This document shows, piece after piece, positions 28,815-43,869 of a DNA stretch of 64,000 nucleotides. The notes below the pieces were generated by a model. It worked only from the letters and a program-made list of their open reading frames with translations. It did not search any database and was not told where the DNA came from. Each line of letters opens with the position of its first letter. Position 1 is the first letter of the stretch. A program made the translations under genes and the position numbers. The stretch is from Eledone cirrhosa (Eukaryota). The DNA lies in contig OZ024741.1 of NCBI GenBank assembly GCA_964016885.1, positions 150,598,001 to 150,662,000 on the forward strand. Reading direction: 5' to 3'.

Positions 28815-30471
28815 TCAACACTGCGACACAAACTGTCTTCTAACAATCAAATACCTCGCTGCTTTCAATAATTACCAAATTGTAGACATACTGCCTTTTT
28901 GAAATTCATAACACCATACTTTTCGACTGTAAACGCTGTGACCACTTTTTGCTGCACGGTATTGAAATGCACGTTCCCCTCTGGTTTATTGAGCCAGTTT
29001 TCCATGGATTCGCCAGCGCGTGCAGCAGACGTTGATTCACATGTCTTTGCTGCCGCAGTTGACGCTGTATTTCGGTTGATACAGCTCAAACAACAGACGT
29101 TGACTCACAGTTCTTTGCTGCCGCAGCTGACGCTGTGTTTCGGTTGATGCAGCTCGAGCTGCGGAAGTTGACTTCCATTTCTTTGCTGCCGCAGTTGACG
29201 CTTTCTTTCGGTTGATGCAGCTCGAGCTGCGGAAGTTGCCTCAGCATTTCTATGCCGCCGTAATAAACGCTGTAGTTTGTTCTCTGCATCTCCTGCAATA
29301 GACGTTGCCTCAATATTTGCTTTCTGTCGTAGTGAGGGTTGAGAATCGTTTTCTGCATCTCAAGCAGCAGCAGTTGCCCGAGCATTTATTTGCTGTCGCA
29401 TCGAACGTTGTGTTTCGTTTTCTGCACCTCGTGCAATAGAAGTTGCTTCAGCATTTTTCTTTTGGCGTAATAATCGCTATTCGTTATTCTCTGTTACTTT
29501 TGCAATCGATGCGGGTGCAGAATTTGTGTTGAGGAATTTTGAGCGTCCTTCATGTTTGGTCTATGTCACTGCAATCAGTCTAAGGAAAGCAACGTCACAG
29601 TTTCTATTGTCAGCCACAACTATACAGAATGGTAAGCATTTCAAACTACATAAATCATTAGATTGTCTACATATACGCAATGCATAACGAAAAATTTACA
29701 TGTTTCTACTGTAGCAAACGTATGGCACCCCCCTCATTTGTACCTTTCACTCAATGTCTTCATACATTATCTCCGTCATCCCGCAACGACTTCAGTCCCT
29801 GAATTGCCAAACATCCCATATTATTGTCATAAATTCCATGTGATTCACCTTTGGGCTGCTGACTTCCTTGTGGCATAGTTCGCGTTTGGAGCCTCACCGC
29901 GTCAATGTCACACTTTTACACTCATTCACCTTTCATATGCCATAACATTTTACCGTTTTTACATCGAACAACACATATCCATATATTAATTTCAACAGTG
30001 TCAGTATTCCGTGTGTCATAATTCTCGGTTATCATTGGTTCATAGGTTTCAAACGACTCCGCCCACCTCAACGACGCCAAACTTAAATTAATATACATAA
30101 TGCCAATGAGTGAGAGGGGAGAGTAAGAAACAGAGAGGCAAAGTGAACGCTGTAACTATTACCATGTGTGCGTGTGTATGTACGTGCGCTTATGTTTATG
30201 TGTGTGTGCGTGCGTGCAGCGTTCCACAGAAAGTAAAAGCAATTCGACTTTATCAAACAGTGAACTACAGCGGCGACGGCGTGCAGCCAGGAATGAAGAA
30301 AAACGGGCCGAACAGCGCTATCGAAACGCCGAACTTCAGAGGCGAAGATGTGGCGCCATGAATGAAGAGGAGCTGGCTGAACAACGTCAACGAAACGCTG
30401 GAGCCAAGCAGCGACGGCGTTCTGCGATGGTTGAAGACGAAATGGCTGAGCATCATCTTTTATATTAATTA

Positions 30472-30829
30472 TCTATATCTATATCTACATATAATATAAA
30501 AGATTTGAACTTCCATCATCCTTTTGAGAAACGTGGAACAACCACGTCTATGCAATGTTACACGTTTTACAGTCAGGCAGAAGATGAACCATCTCCTAGA
30601 GGTCATTATTCTAGGTGGGAGCACCTAGAATTGTACATATACTATACACAAACGGTACAACGAAAAATCTGGTATATCTGGAAGATTTTTTTACTGTTTT
30701 TTGTATCAAACAGACACCACGGACTCGCCTCATACTGTAACCAGACAAACATCCAATACAGTCATTTTCTCTTTTACCTGTCTTCTCTTATCATCTGTTT
30801 ACCCGGGCGAAGCTGGGTTCGTCAGCTAG
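30472..30829 (+). mobile_element. Short non-autonomous Helitron (about 360 bp)
   Basis: A|TC 5' end (TCTATATCT..), 3' hairpin ACCCGGGCGAAGCTGGGT then CTAG|T. Near-identical copy at 36386-36746. Confidence 0.8.
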
Positions 30830-31301
30830 TATTTATTAATTTCAAGAACGTCAGTATTCCGTGCGTCATAATTCTCGATTATCATTGGTTCATAGTTTTC
30901 AAACGACTCCGCCCACCTCAACGACGCCAAACTGAAATTAATATGCATAATGCCAATGAGGGAGTGGGAGGGGGAGAGTGTGAACGCTGTGTTCAATAAC
31001 TATTAACATGTGTGCGTGTGTATGTACGTGCGCGTATGTTTATGTGTGTATGAGTGCGTGTAGCGTTCCACAGAAAGTAAAAACTATCAACATGTGTGAG
31101 TGTGTGCGTGTGTAAGTTTGCGTGCGTGTGCGCGTTTCCATGCGTGTATGTGTGTGGCATTCCACAATCGCCACGCAGTTTATCTGTCTGTGTGCCTGTC
31201 TGTCAGTCTAAGATACACAGAGTTGTGAAGGGAGTAAATAGGGACCTTTTTTTACATTGACAGACATCTTTTATATTTATTATTGTGTCATCTTTTGACA
31301 A

Positions 31302-34300
31302 TTGCTCGAAATGAATACTGATAATAAAAGCAATTCGACTTTATCAAACAATGAACTACAGCGGCGACAGCGTGCAGCCAGCAATGAAGAAAAACGGGCC
31401 GAACAGCGCCATCGGAATGCCGAACTTCAGAGGCGAAGACGTGCTGCCATGAAGAGAAGCTGGCTGAACAACGCCAACGAAACACTGGAGCCAAGCAGCG
31501 ACGGCGTGCTGCGATGGTTGAAGACGAACTGGCTGAGCATCATCAGCAGATGGTCGGAATTCAGCAGCAACGGCATGCTGCGATGGATGAGGAGGAACTG
31601 GCTGAACAGAGAATGTGTCGCCAAAGTGCTCCTCATTCCAGTAAAGAGGCCAGAAGGCGAACGAATGATATTAAAAATGGATCATGGCAACCGTGCCATT
31701 TTCAGATTGGTGGACGAGCAGAGTGTACACATTCTGGAGCATTGCTTTGGAGGTACGAAAAAACGTGGATCACAATGTGCTGTCATAAAGGAGCAGTTCA
31801 ACTAGAACCCTTGCGAATGCCGGATGATGAGGAGTCACCGGAGTTTAAAATACTAAGTATGTGGGGTGATCAAGGAGACCAAGGAAGATTACTGCGCAAA
31901 TATTCGCGGCAAATTAACAATTCATTAGCTTTAGCATCGCAGAGAGTTAGTGAGATGTTTGAGAGTGGAGCATGGCAACCGAATGTAGTTACCCCAGGAG
32001 AGAGGTCTCGATTCGCTCAAATTTACGTTAACGATCCAGATTATAGTGAATCGGAGGAGGATATCAGGATCGGTTGGATGAAGTTGCCGGGAAATATAAC
32101 TGAACTTGAACGGCAAAGGTTAAGTGATTTGATCCGTGATTTGCAATCATGGCTTAGACAGTGTAATCCTTATGTTATGGATTTCATGTTGGTGGCTGAA
32201 CTGCAAAATGTTCAGCAGCAAACATTGGTGATTAAGGCTGACGCAGTGCCAAGGAATCAACACGAACGGCGATGTAATGCCCCTGAAGGATTTCGTGAAG
32301 TTGCTGTGTTGATGGACGATAAGCCTGGATCGAGAGATATCCTCCTCAATCGCAGTGATGGTGGTCTCAAGACTATCAATGAGTCAAATAGGGCATACGA
32401 TCCATTGCATTATGTTCTTTTATTCTCAAAAGGTGAAAATGGATGGAACATGTCTGTTCATTTAGATGATCATGAGAATCAGCATCAACAGGGAGGTGGC
32501 AATAGACACAATAATTCGATTCGTGACTTTTATGCGTTCCATTTGAACGAGAGGAATCAACAGAGAAATCCGCTATTACAAGCCAGCAGATTGTTCCAGG
32601 AATACTGTTGTATGGCATTGGCAAAGATCGAAAATCAAAGGCTAAATTATATAGCTACACATCAGCAACATATCAGAGTTGAATTGTATAATAATATACA
32701 GGATGCGATAGCAGCCGATGATGCCAATTACAAGCAAATTGGTCGGCGCATCATTTTGCCATCGTCGTTCATCGGCGGCCCGAGATATATGAACATTCGC
32801 TATCAGGATGCAATGGCTATTATCAGAAAGTTAGGAAAGCCAGATTTGTTTATAACGGTTACATGCAATCCTGAATGGACTGATATTAAGGATGCACTTT
32901 TGCCAGGACAACAGCCAAAGGACCGTTCTGATATTGTGACAAGAGTATTCAAAGGATATCTGAAAAAGATAATGGATGATGTGGAAAAAGAGAGAATCTT
33001 TAGAGGTATAATTGCTTTTACATACGTAATTGAATTCCAAAAAAGAGGATTGCCACATGCACATTTGCTGATCATTTTACATAGAGATTGCAAATTGAGA
33101 TGTGCTGAGGATGTCGACAGCATTGTGTGTGCTGAACTGCCGGAGAATGAGGCACTACGCAACTTGGTGGCAAAGTCAATGGTGCACAACCAATGCGGAG
33201 TGGCAAATCGGAAAGCGCCTTGCATGAAAAATGGCCAATGCAGTAAGCAATTTTCGAAATCTTTTGTCACGAACACTTCCTGGAACGATGGGGATGCTCA
33301 TCCATCATACAGAAGACGGTCGCCTGCAGATGGCGGTTTGGTCGAAAATGTAAACGGTCGACAGGTTACAAATCAATGGGTTGTGCCATACAATCCATAT
33401 TTGATTATGAAATATCGTTGTCATATTAATGTGAAAATTTGTAGCTCAGTGAAAGCTTGCAAATATCTATTCAAATATGTTTACAAAGGTCATGATCGGG
33501 CAATGATCAATGTCAAGAATGAGGAAGCGAACCAAGGAGATGAAGTTGGCAAGTTCCAGGATGTTCGCTCGATTGGATCTAGCGAAGCTTGCTGGAGATT
33601 GTTCGATTTTGATCTCAATGAACGCAAACCCAGCGTTCAGAAATTGACGGTTCACTTAGAGAATAGGCAAATGCTCTGTTTTCAGGACACTAGAAGAGGT
33701 GTCGAAAGAATTGCTAACGAACCACCTCCTAAGACGGAATTGACTGAGTGGTTCAAGCATAATAGGGAACATGCTTTGAACCCGGATCAAAGGCAACTCT
33801 ACTGCGATTTCCCTTCGCACTATACGTGGGATAAGAAGGGAAAGGAATAGAATGATAGAAAACAAAACTTGAGATTCATGACTATTGGACGGGTTTGTAA
33901 TGTCCATCCAGCATCTGATGATGTGTTTTATCTCCGAATTCTGTTGCATAATGATTTTTCAAGAGGTAAACAGAGCTTCGCTGATTTGAAAACAATCAAC
34001 GGCGTGGAATATGAAACATACCAGGCTGTGTGTCAGTATCTGGGACTCCTTCAGGATGACGCTGAATGGAATAACACCATGGAAGCTGCAGGAACAACAC
34101 AGATGCCAGCTCAAATTAGGTAGTTGTTTGTCACGATTCTAGGATTCTGCAATCCTGCCGATCCAAGAGAGTTATTTGAACGCCATTGGGGAATTATGGC
34201 TGATGATTTTAGGCACCATCTTCAGGTCGATGATGAAAATTTGATGAAAGCTATTGTTTTGCTCAATAATGAGCAACTGCTTGAAGCTCATTTCAAATGT

Positions 34301-35832
34301 TTAACAGATTTCAATTTGCCAATTCCTGATGAAAAAATGTGGCAACGTGTCGTAGCATTGAACATGAGATTGCAGCTTAGACGGTTGCCACTCGATCGGA
34401 GGGAACTATTCCAGTTTGATCCACTGGAACAGCAACGTATTGTGGATGAACGTATGCCAATGGTGACCCAATCTCAGAGAGAATTGGTCGATGACGTTCT
34501 CCACTCGATTTCCACTAATGAGCAAATTTGTGCTTTCATAGATGTTCCAGGAGGCACCGGAAAGACATTCTGTTTCAACACTATGTTATCGGCAGTCAGA
34601 GCTCAGAGGAAGATTGCTCTCCATGTGGTCACCAGTGGGATCGCTGCCACTTTACTGAGTGGCGGAAGGACCTTCCACTCATGCTTCAAGGCTCCATTGG
34701 CTCCGGACGAGTTGAGTGTCTGTAACATTACAGGACAAAGTGAACTCGCGGGCCTTATACGCAATACGTCTCTGATTATTTGGGACGACGAGGCTCCAGT
34801 GGCACAGATATTTGCTGGAGGCATTGGACAGAACTTTGAGAGATATCTGCGGTAGTGACCTGCCATTCGGTGGTAAGACTATCGTTCTTGGTGGCGATTT
34901 CAGACAGGTGTTAGGAATGCTCAAAGAGCGCAAATTGTCGATGCATGTTTGAAAAAGTCCCCGTTGTGGTGCTATTTCAGAGTTTTGCGATTACACGATA
35001 ATATGCGACTTCGTATGTTCGGGCAAAACGAAGAGGTTGAGACATATGGCCGATGGTTGATGCAGTTTGGAAACGATGAATTGCCTCACGTTGGTGATAA
35101 TCAGACTGTAAGCATCCCAGACCATTTGGTCATGCCACTGGACTGCCAAGCATTAATTGACTGGGAGTTTCCTAATTTGAATGCTTTTTGGCAGAATACC
35201 TCCTGGATATCGGAACGCGTTATTCTAACTCATACGAATGCAACGGTCGATGAAATAAATTCACAAGTAGCCGGAATGTTTCCTGGAGAGGAATGGTTGA
35301 CCGTCAGTGCGGATGCAATGGAGCCTAATCAGCAGAACAATATGGATGTTCCGACTGAGTATCTGAATTCACTTCAAATACCCGGATTCCCCCCCCACAT
35401 ATTTTGAGGTTGAAAAAGGGTATGCCGATTATATTGCTGAGAAATATCAATCATAAAATGCGTCTTTGCAATGGTACTAGATTGATTGTTGAGAGATTGA
35501 TTAACGGACGAGTTTTAGAAGCTAAACTCCCAGGCAGACAGGAATCGGTTCTCATTCCAAGGATCATGCTGAGACCAAGTGAAGATCTGCTGCCATTCAT
35601 TTGGCAAAGGAGACAGTTTCCCGTCAATTTGGCCTTCTCCATGACTGTCAACAAGGCACAGGGACAGACTTTCAAGCGAGTCGGTGTCTACTTGAATGAT
35701 CCAGCATTCAGCCATGGGCAACTGTACGTTGCTGCATCTCGAGTGTGCGATCCTGATGGTATAACATTTGCAATTGATACCACTAACAGAGGAACAACCC
35801 TGAATATTGTCTATAATGAAGCTTTGAGCTGA
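31302..35832 (+). pseudogene. Helitron RepHel (HUH Rep + Pif1 helicase) with stops and frameshifts
   Basis: YDPLHYVL, ILPSSFIGGPRYM, PDLFIT, EFQKRGLPHAHLL (HUH), WVVPYNP, KYLFKYVYKG (Y2), GGTGKT, TSGIAATLL, LCNGTR, RRQFPV and HGQLYVA. Confidence 0.95.
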
Positions 35833-36385
35833 TGTATGCATATCTTTAATTCTATCAATAAGCGACGTAAATGTTTCGGACATTGGTGTCCTTTGATCAG
35901 TATTGTGAACTTTGACAGAGTTATCATTTATGTTCAATATCATTTATTGTCGATAATGAGCAATAAAAACCAACAAGTATTGGTAGAAATTGCCTTCAAA
36001 TTTATCGCTTCTGATAGAGGTGGTAATAAAACCTCATCATATGCTGAGTCTGGCAAACGTTTGGTGCCTATGGCCGGCCAGGGCTAGAGTAATATTGAAA
36101 AACGATTCTATTTTCGAAGTAGAAGGATCCGCCATTTGGAGTTCAAACCAGGCCACCTCCCCGAGTTGAACTCTGGGTAATATTTACTGTCTATTACTCA
36201 GTGACTAAGAGCCTGGAAATTACTGAATACATTTTTGTGTCACATATATTTGTTGTTTTATTATTATAGCTGACCACTTATATATAAGCATGTTATCCAT
36301 ATCCATATTAATTTGGCATTTGTATAAACCATTTCAAGTAAATAGGAACCTTTTTTACATTGACGGACATCTTTTATATTAATTA

Positions 36386-36745
36386 TCTATATCTATATCT
36401 ACATATAATATAAAAGATTGGAACGTCCATCATCCTTTTGAGAAACGTGGAACAACCACGTCTATGCAATGATACACGTTTTACAGTCAAGCAGAAGATG
36501 AACCATCTCCTAGAGGTCACTATTCTAGGTGGGAGCACCTAGAATTGTTCATATACTATGCACACACGGTACAACGAAGAATCTGGTATATCTGGAAGAT
36601 TTTTTTAACTGTTTTTTTTGTATCACACAGACACCACGGACTCGCCTCATACTGTAACCAGACAAACATCCAATACACTCATTTTCTCTTTTACCTGTCT
36701 TCTCTTATCCTCTGTTTACCCGGGCGAAGCTGGGTACGTCAGCTA

Positions 36746-36746
<1 letters not shown>
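36386..36746 (+). mobile_element. Short non-autonomous Helitron (second copy)
   Basis: Same termini and body as 30472-30829. Confidence 0.8.
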
Positions 36747-36804
<58 letters not shown>

Positions 36805-37010
36805 GAAGTTCTATTTAAATTGTTGGGATACAACAAGCAAATATTTTTATAACTGATATAAAGCACTCAACAAATAATTGGAGTAAAAATACGATATTAA
36901 CAAATGGAAACTATATTTATAAAACCATATTTATTTCATTATACATATTTCAAGGACACCAAGTTAAATTATGGTGTGCTTTCATCAAATAAAATATAAT
37001 ATAGAGCAGT

Positions 37011-37078
<68 letters not shown>

Positions 37079-37379
37079 GTTTGTGTGTGTGTGAACGTGT
37101 ATGTATGTGTGTGCGCATGCATGTGTGGGTGTATGTGTGTGTGTACAGACATGATAAGTATGTTATGGGGTCGATATAATCGATTGAATCCCTATAAAGT
37201 GGTATCCCAGCACGGTCACAGCTGAAACTGGGAAGAAGAATAAAAAATAAGAATATTCAGTTCCATTTGTTTGGCAAGTGATATCTGAAATACTGTGTTA
37301 AGATGAAAGTAATTGCATCGAGCGGTGGGAAATAGATGCACGCATACAGAGACACACAGGGGCAAACACCGACATACAT

Positions 37380-37970
<591 letters not shown>

Positions 37971-38128
37971 TATATATAGTTTTATATAGTATATGAAAAA
38001 AATTTAAGCCAATATTTCCATGTCATTTTCGCTTGCATCAATAGAATATTAAATTATTAAACTTATGAGACACGATAAATTTCTGCTTCTAACAGGAATA
38101 AAACTTTGGCATTATGCACCTACATATG

Positions 38129-38168
<40 letters not shown>

Positions 38169-38277
38169 TATAATCTTCAAATGTTTTTGATAAGAAATAT
38201 AAATGAAAATGAATTATATATATATATATATATAGTGACGAAACAAGTCAATTGCATGAACTCATAATCCTTTATTT

Positions 38278-38333
38278 ACTGCTATATATATTTCGATGAT
38301 AGCCATTGAATGGCTATGACCTCATCAAGCAGT
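38278..38333 (-). ncRNA. Minimal type I hammerhead-like motif with C3U core variant
   Basis: ACTGC-TTGATGA-GGTCATAGCCAT TCA ATGGCTATCATC-GAAA-TATATA-TA^GCAGT. Confidence 0.65.
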
Positions 38334-40135
38334 TAGTCAGTTCTTAGATATGCCAGCTCTGTGTGTATAGTGTTGATGGTATCAGAGCCTTGGGACATAT
38401 ATATATATATTTATTACATATATATATACTTTATTATATATATATATATATATATAAATATATATGTATGTATATATTCGTGTATATATATATTCATGTA
38501 TATATATATTCATGTATATATATATTCATGTATATATATATATATATATATATATAGTAATAATAATAAAATTGAAGACTAAAATCCAAAGAGGGCTCGA
38601 TAAGGAAAATATATATCAAATATATAAGAACCGTAGAGCAAATATTTATTAAAATATTTATTAAAATATTTATTAAAGACCATGTGACCTCTGCGCCGCT
38701 GAGGCCCTGGAAATACTCTACGCTACAGACCACATCTTAAACAAAAAATCTGAGGCAATTTCGGCTTGTAAACATAAATTGCACAAAACGTTCCTGTATT
38801 ACAGCCCCACGTTATACCCTAACGGATAGTACGATCTATACGTGGATATTTTACGTCTTGATGTGGGAGCTAAGTATATGTTTTGTTTATTCCTTTACGT
38901 ATTTGCATAGGTAAGTATATATTACCCGTATGTTTTGTGAAGGTATGTATACCTTCTCGTACGTATATTTGACTGTTATAGCGTATAATTTTTACATATT
39001 CTGGTATTTAGGGTTTGGCTATGTGTATACGGGAGTTTTGCGTCCGCGTGAGTGTGCAGGTTCGTACGTATGGTGGGTGTGTGTATATGTGTACTTCTTG
39101 TTTTAGTTGACTTACGTCTCCGAACATTCGTGTATTTATATGTAGGTATGCGTGTGCGCTTGTTATATACGTATTTATTTACTTAAATACGTTTATATAA
39201 TTATTTATTTATTTGTACACAAGCATACACACACACACATATTTATATGTGCCTGGTTTTGTATACCCATGGTAAGGTTTTGCGTATGCTTGTGTATGTA
39301 CGTATCTGTTTGCGTGTATGTATTTATTTGTTCCTATTACTTCTGTATTGTATTTATTTACTTTGTTCTTAACTCTGTAGCGGAGATTCATTTGGTCTCC
39401 TAGTTAGAATTTTAGTCTACGATTTCTGCTATACCATTTACGTGGTTTTGTCTTTGCGTGCTATTGTTCTCCACGCTCCACATATGACTTATTATCTTCG
39501 TTTTTTCGTTCATTGCCAGAGAACGTCTCTATGCACCACCTAAGAGAACATTAGTCTACGACCTCTTTTATACCATAAACGTGGTTTTGTCTTTGCGCGT
39601 AATTGTTTTTCACCGCTCCTATTAATGACGTATTATTCGTTTTTTCCCGTTCTTTGCCAGCGAACGTTTCCACGAACCAAAGTATCGTCTTCCTGTCTTC
39701 CTCCGGTTGCAACGTTTTTTGAAATATCCAGTTCTGCGTTTACAGATTGACTTTGTTAGTTTCAGAAGATCCCGTTAAGGGTGAAAGCAGCGATTCTAGC
39801 GTGGCTCAGCCATGTTTTTTTTTCTTCATAAATTTTTTAACATGTAAAAAAAAGTTCAAATATTTGGGCCAAAAGGCCCAAATATTATACTTTCCTCTTC
39901 ACGGGGCAAAGTCTAAGGGCTTATATCCCTTACACAACAAGAAATATTTAACAACAAATAATTTTAAACAGGCAAATAAAGCAAAATACGTCCGCTTAGA
40001 CCAATAATAATAATAGTTTCTACGTTAGGCACAAGGCCAGTGCATTACTGGTACTTTATTTTATCGACCCCGTAAAGATGAAAGGCAAAGTTAACTTTGG
40101 CGGGATTTTGACCAATAATAATAATAATAATAAAA

Positions 40136-40167
<32 letters not shown>

Positions 40168-40631
40168 AAGGACGTTTGTATATATATAAATATATATATA
40201 TAATTTATAATCTTCAAATGTTTTTGATAAGAAATATAAACAAAAATGAAAAGAAAACAAAAGAAAGCCTAACGTGACACACAATTGGTAACAAGTGGAG
40301 CAACTTTAAGCCTATCTTCAGGCAGAATATTGCAGGAGAAGCTGCTTAAGTAGAAAAATGGACCAGTGTTCAATGCATGATTTGTGCACGTTCTCCGACA
40401 CTGATACCATCGATGAACACACACACACATGCACACACACATACATAGACACATATAAATATGCACATATACACACAAACACATATCTATTTCTATATGT
40501 ATATATGTATATGAATATATATATGAATACACACACACACGCACACATATATATATATATACAGTCATAAACATACACATACACACACACAGACAAATAT
40601 TTATATATCTATCTATATGCATATCTGTATA

Positions 40632-40729
<98 letters not shown>

Positions 40730-40730
<1 letters not shown>

Positions 40731-41624
40731 GAGGTGTGTCAGAAAAGTTCCAGGACTGATGTCACAAAAGATTTATTTCAAACCCAAACTTCACACTAAG
40801 AGTTTTCTCCTTCAAAGTAATCCCCCCCCCCGGAGTTTAATGCACTTTTCCATCCTTTTCTGCCACGCTTGCATGCACTCCTGGAAGGATTCTTCCGGGA
40901 TCCTCCGCAGTTCCGTCGTCACGGCCTTTTTGATGTCGTCCACGTCTTCAAAACGGGTCCCCTCCGGGTCGAACTCGAAAATCCATGACTCATCCCCGGT
41001 GATGACTGTCCCTAGCAAGTCTGGTTCGGTTTCAAGACGTTTCAGACGAGGATGTCCTGGCACATTTGCATGCGTCGACCCTTCTGGTCATCATTCAGCA
41101 GTTTTGGCACCATCTTCGCGCAGACTTTCCGCATGTCCAAATCTTCAGTGAGAATCTTCCAGACGCTGTCCCGATTCTTGCCCAGCTCATTTGCCATCAG
41201 TCGAACAGTCAGCCAACGATCGCTACGCACCATCTGCCTGACGCGCTCAACGTTGACCTCAGTCCTGCTTGTTGAGGGCCTTCCGCTCCTGGGGGTCATC
41301 TTGCACCACTCAAAAACACGTGAGCGAGACATCGTCTCATCTCCATACACTTGCTGCAGCAATCCCAGTGCCTCTGACGGAGTTTTCCCCAATCGTACCA
41401 GAAACTTCAAGTTTGTTCGTTGCTCTGTGCTCATTGCTTGACGACCTGAAAGAGGACATGTATATACAATTATGAAGAAAAAAAGTTTGATCGCCGCAGA
41501 GAGCTAAGATTACAGTTACATCCTCCAAGGGGATTACTTTGAAGGAGAAAACTCTTAGTCTGAAGTTTGTGTTTTAAATAAATCTTTTGTGACATCAGTC
41601 CTGGAACTTTTCTGACACACCTCG
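40730..41624 (-). mobile_element. Internally deleted mariner transposon with TIRs of about 95 bp, in (TA)n
   Basis: TA|CGAGGTGTGTCAGAAAAGTTCCAGGACTG... and its inverse. ORF pieces EQRTNLKF, SRSRVFEW, RSGRP, VPKLL, ITGDESW and KRMEKC; the second and third catalytic Asp region is missing. Confidence 0.93.
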
Positions 41625-41792
41625 TATATATATATAAGCAAAGGGATATTTAATTTGTTGGTAATTCAACAAATATACATATTTATAACTGATTCGAAGC
41701 ATTCGACAGGTTTTCTGGAAAACTATCCAGGAAAAACTTGAACCGTTAAGATCTCGATCCTGGATATGTCAATATTTATAAAACAAACTTTG

Positions 41793-41853
41793 TATTTTAT
41801 CTGATGAGAGCGTTCCAAAGTTTTGGTACCCTTGAAATATATATAATAGAATA
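41793..41853 (+). ncRNA. Minimal type I hammerhead ribozyme motif
   Basis: TATTTTAT-CTGATGA-GAG..CCAAA..TTTGG..CTT-GAAA-TATATA-TA^ATAGAATA. Confidence 0.7.
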
Positions 41854-41963
41854 AATATGGTTTTATAAATATAGTTTCCATTTATTAATATCATTGATAT
41901 ATATATATATATACAATAGTACAGCATATTCAAAGTTCGATCAGCAGCTAATCCAACGAATGC

Positions 41964-42020
<57 letters not shown>

Positions 42021-42720
42021 GTGTACGTATAGGCATCTCACTCTCTCTCTCTCACACACATATATATATGAGAATTTTCCATTGAATGGAGAAACTCACG
42101 TCTGCATCAATGAGTGAAGGTACGTGACTTGCCACCTTCGTGAACGATCGCTTATCAGAGTGTCTAAAGGTCATCTGATGGTTAAGGAAGTCTTCTTTAA
42201 GCCGACCCTCTGACAGGGTTCTGCTAGAGTCAGCAGCAACACACACAACCACGTGTTGCTACACACAGGAAAAACTAATAACCCGCGAAATAGAGATATG
42301 TACATTTATATCTTTATATCTAAATTTCGTTATTATTATTTACTGATGTCCCTCTGTGTTTAACGTGAAATACATGTTCATTAATATATGTACTTGTATA
42401 TATACATATATGTATGTGTGTGCACTTTCCTGTGATTGAAAACAAAAATTTCTGGACCTACAAATTCAACACCAAACGAGGTAAACATTGTCAACTTTTC
42501 CACATCCACTCTGTCTGAATGTTCTCTTAACGTAACATCTGCTCCAAGCTCTATTTAAGATTTGTTTACCATACATTGATGATCTTACGCTTGGATTACC
42601 CATTACTCAAATACTTTTGCGTTCCAAACATTCGCATTAATTCACTGTCAAATACAAGATTCCTGGAATCAGAATGTGCTGCTATGATGGAATACATCCT
42701 AGAATGGAAATATAACCACA

Positions 42721-43112
42721 AATAATTGTTTCTACTTTAGGCACAAGGCCAGCAATTACCCAGTGCATTACTGGTACTTTATTTTATCGACCCCATAAGG
42801 ATGAAAGGCAAAGTCAACCTCGGCGGGATTTGAACTCAGATCGTAAAGGGACGTAACTATGCTGGAAAGCATAGCGTCCGACCCTCTACCGATACTGCCA
42901 ATCATCCGCCTTTTATAGCCACAAATAATTGTTTCTACTTTAGGCACAAGGCCAGCAATTACCCAGTGCATTACTGGTACTTTATTTTATCGACCCCGTA
43001 AGGATGAAAGGCAAAGTTAACCTCGGCGGGATTTGAACTCAGATCGTAAAGGGACGTAACTATGCTGCAAAGCATGGCGGCCGACCCTCTACCGATACTG
43101 CCAATCCACCGC
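42721..43112 (-). mobile_element. Tandem dimer of full-length SINE S1
   Basis: Two head-to-tail copies of about 190 bp; CCACAAATAAT occurs before, between and after them. Confidence 0.9.
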
Positions 43113-43869
43113 CCTTTATAGCCACAAATAATAAATGTTATTAACCATCGATAGGAACCTCACAAATATAACGCACCAAAATATACGCGAAGAGCGAGAG
43201 AAAGAAGCAAAATAAAAGGAAATGGAAAAAAAAAACCGACCATCAATTCACTGCCAAATAATTTTTTGAATCGGATTAAGAAGAGAGAAGAAAAAAAAAT
43301 TAAAAACCAACCAACACGTGTTTCTCCCCACACGGATATACACATATATGTGTATATTTGACATACCAACACACACATGTACGTGGGCATACATGTATGT
43401 ATATATATGTATGTGGTATGCTAATATTATGCCATTCTTTGGAGCAAGCATACCCATTTACAGACTTTTTCATGCCATTGCAATGAGAGCCATACAGAGC
43501 TGTTATACTAGTCGCGAATTATTAAACATTATAGTTCACCATATGTAACCCAACACGCGAAGTCCATAAAGATGTTGAATCTGACATCGATGAAGGAATT
43601 TGCTTGCATCAGATACCAATCATCTTGAGTTAATGAATGTTTATCTTAAACATTTACCACGCTGCTTCATCACTTCTAACACATTCCTAAATCCACCAGA
43701 CTCTATCCATATCTACATTGATGATTTTACGCTTGGATTATCTGATTACCCAATAGTCAAACATTCGCCCCAAACATTCGCGGCATTAACTCACAGTTTA
43801 ATCCATGATGCTGGGAAGCAGTATGTGCTGTTATGATGGAATACATCCTAGAGTGGAAATATAACCCCA

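Noticed and set aside
36063-36088. Alternative Helitron 3' end (TGGCCGGCCA palindrome + CTAG)
   Set aside because: The hairpin directly abuts CTAG and the next base is A rather than T; plausible but unsupported without other copies.
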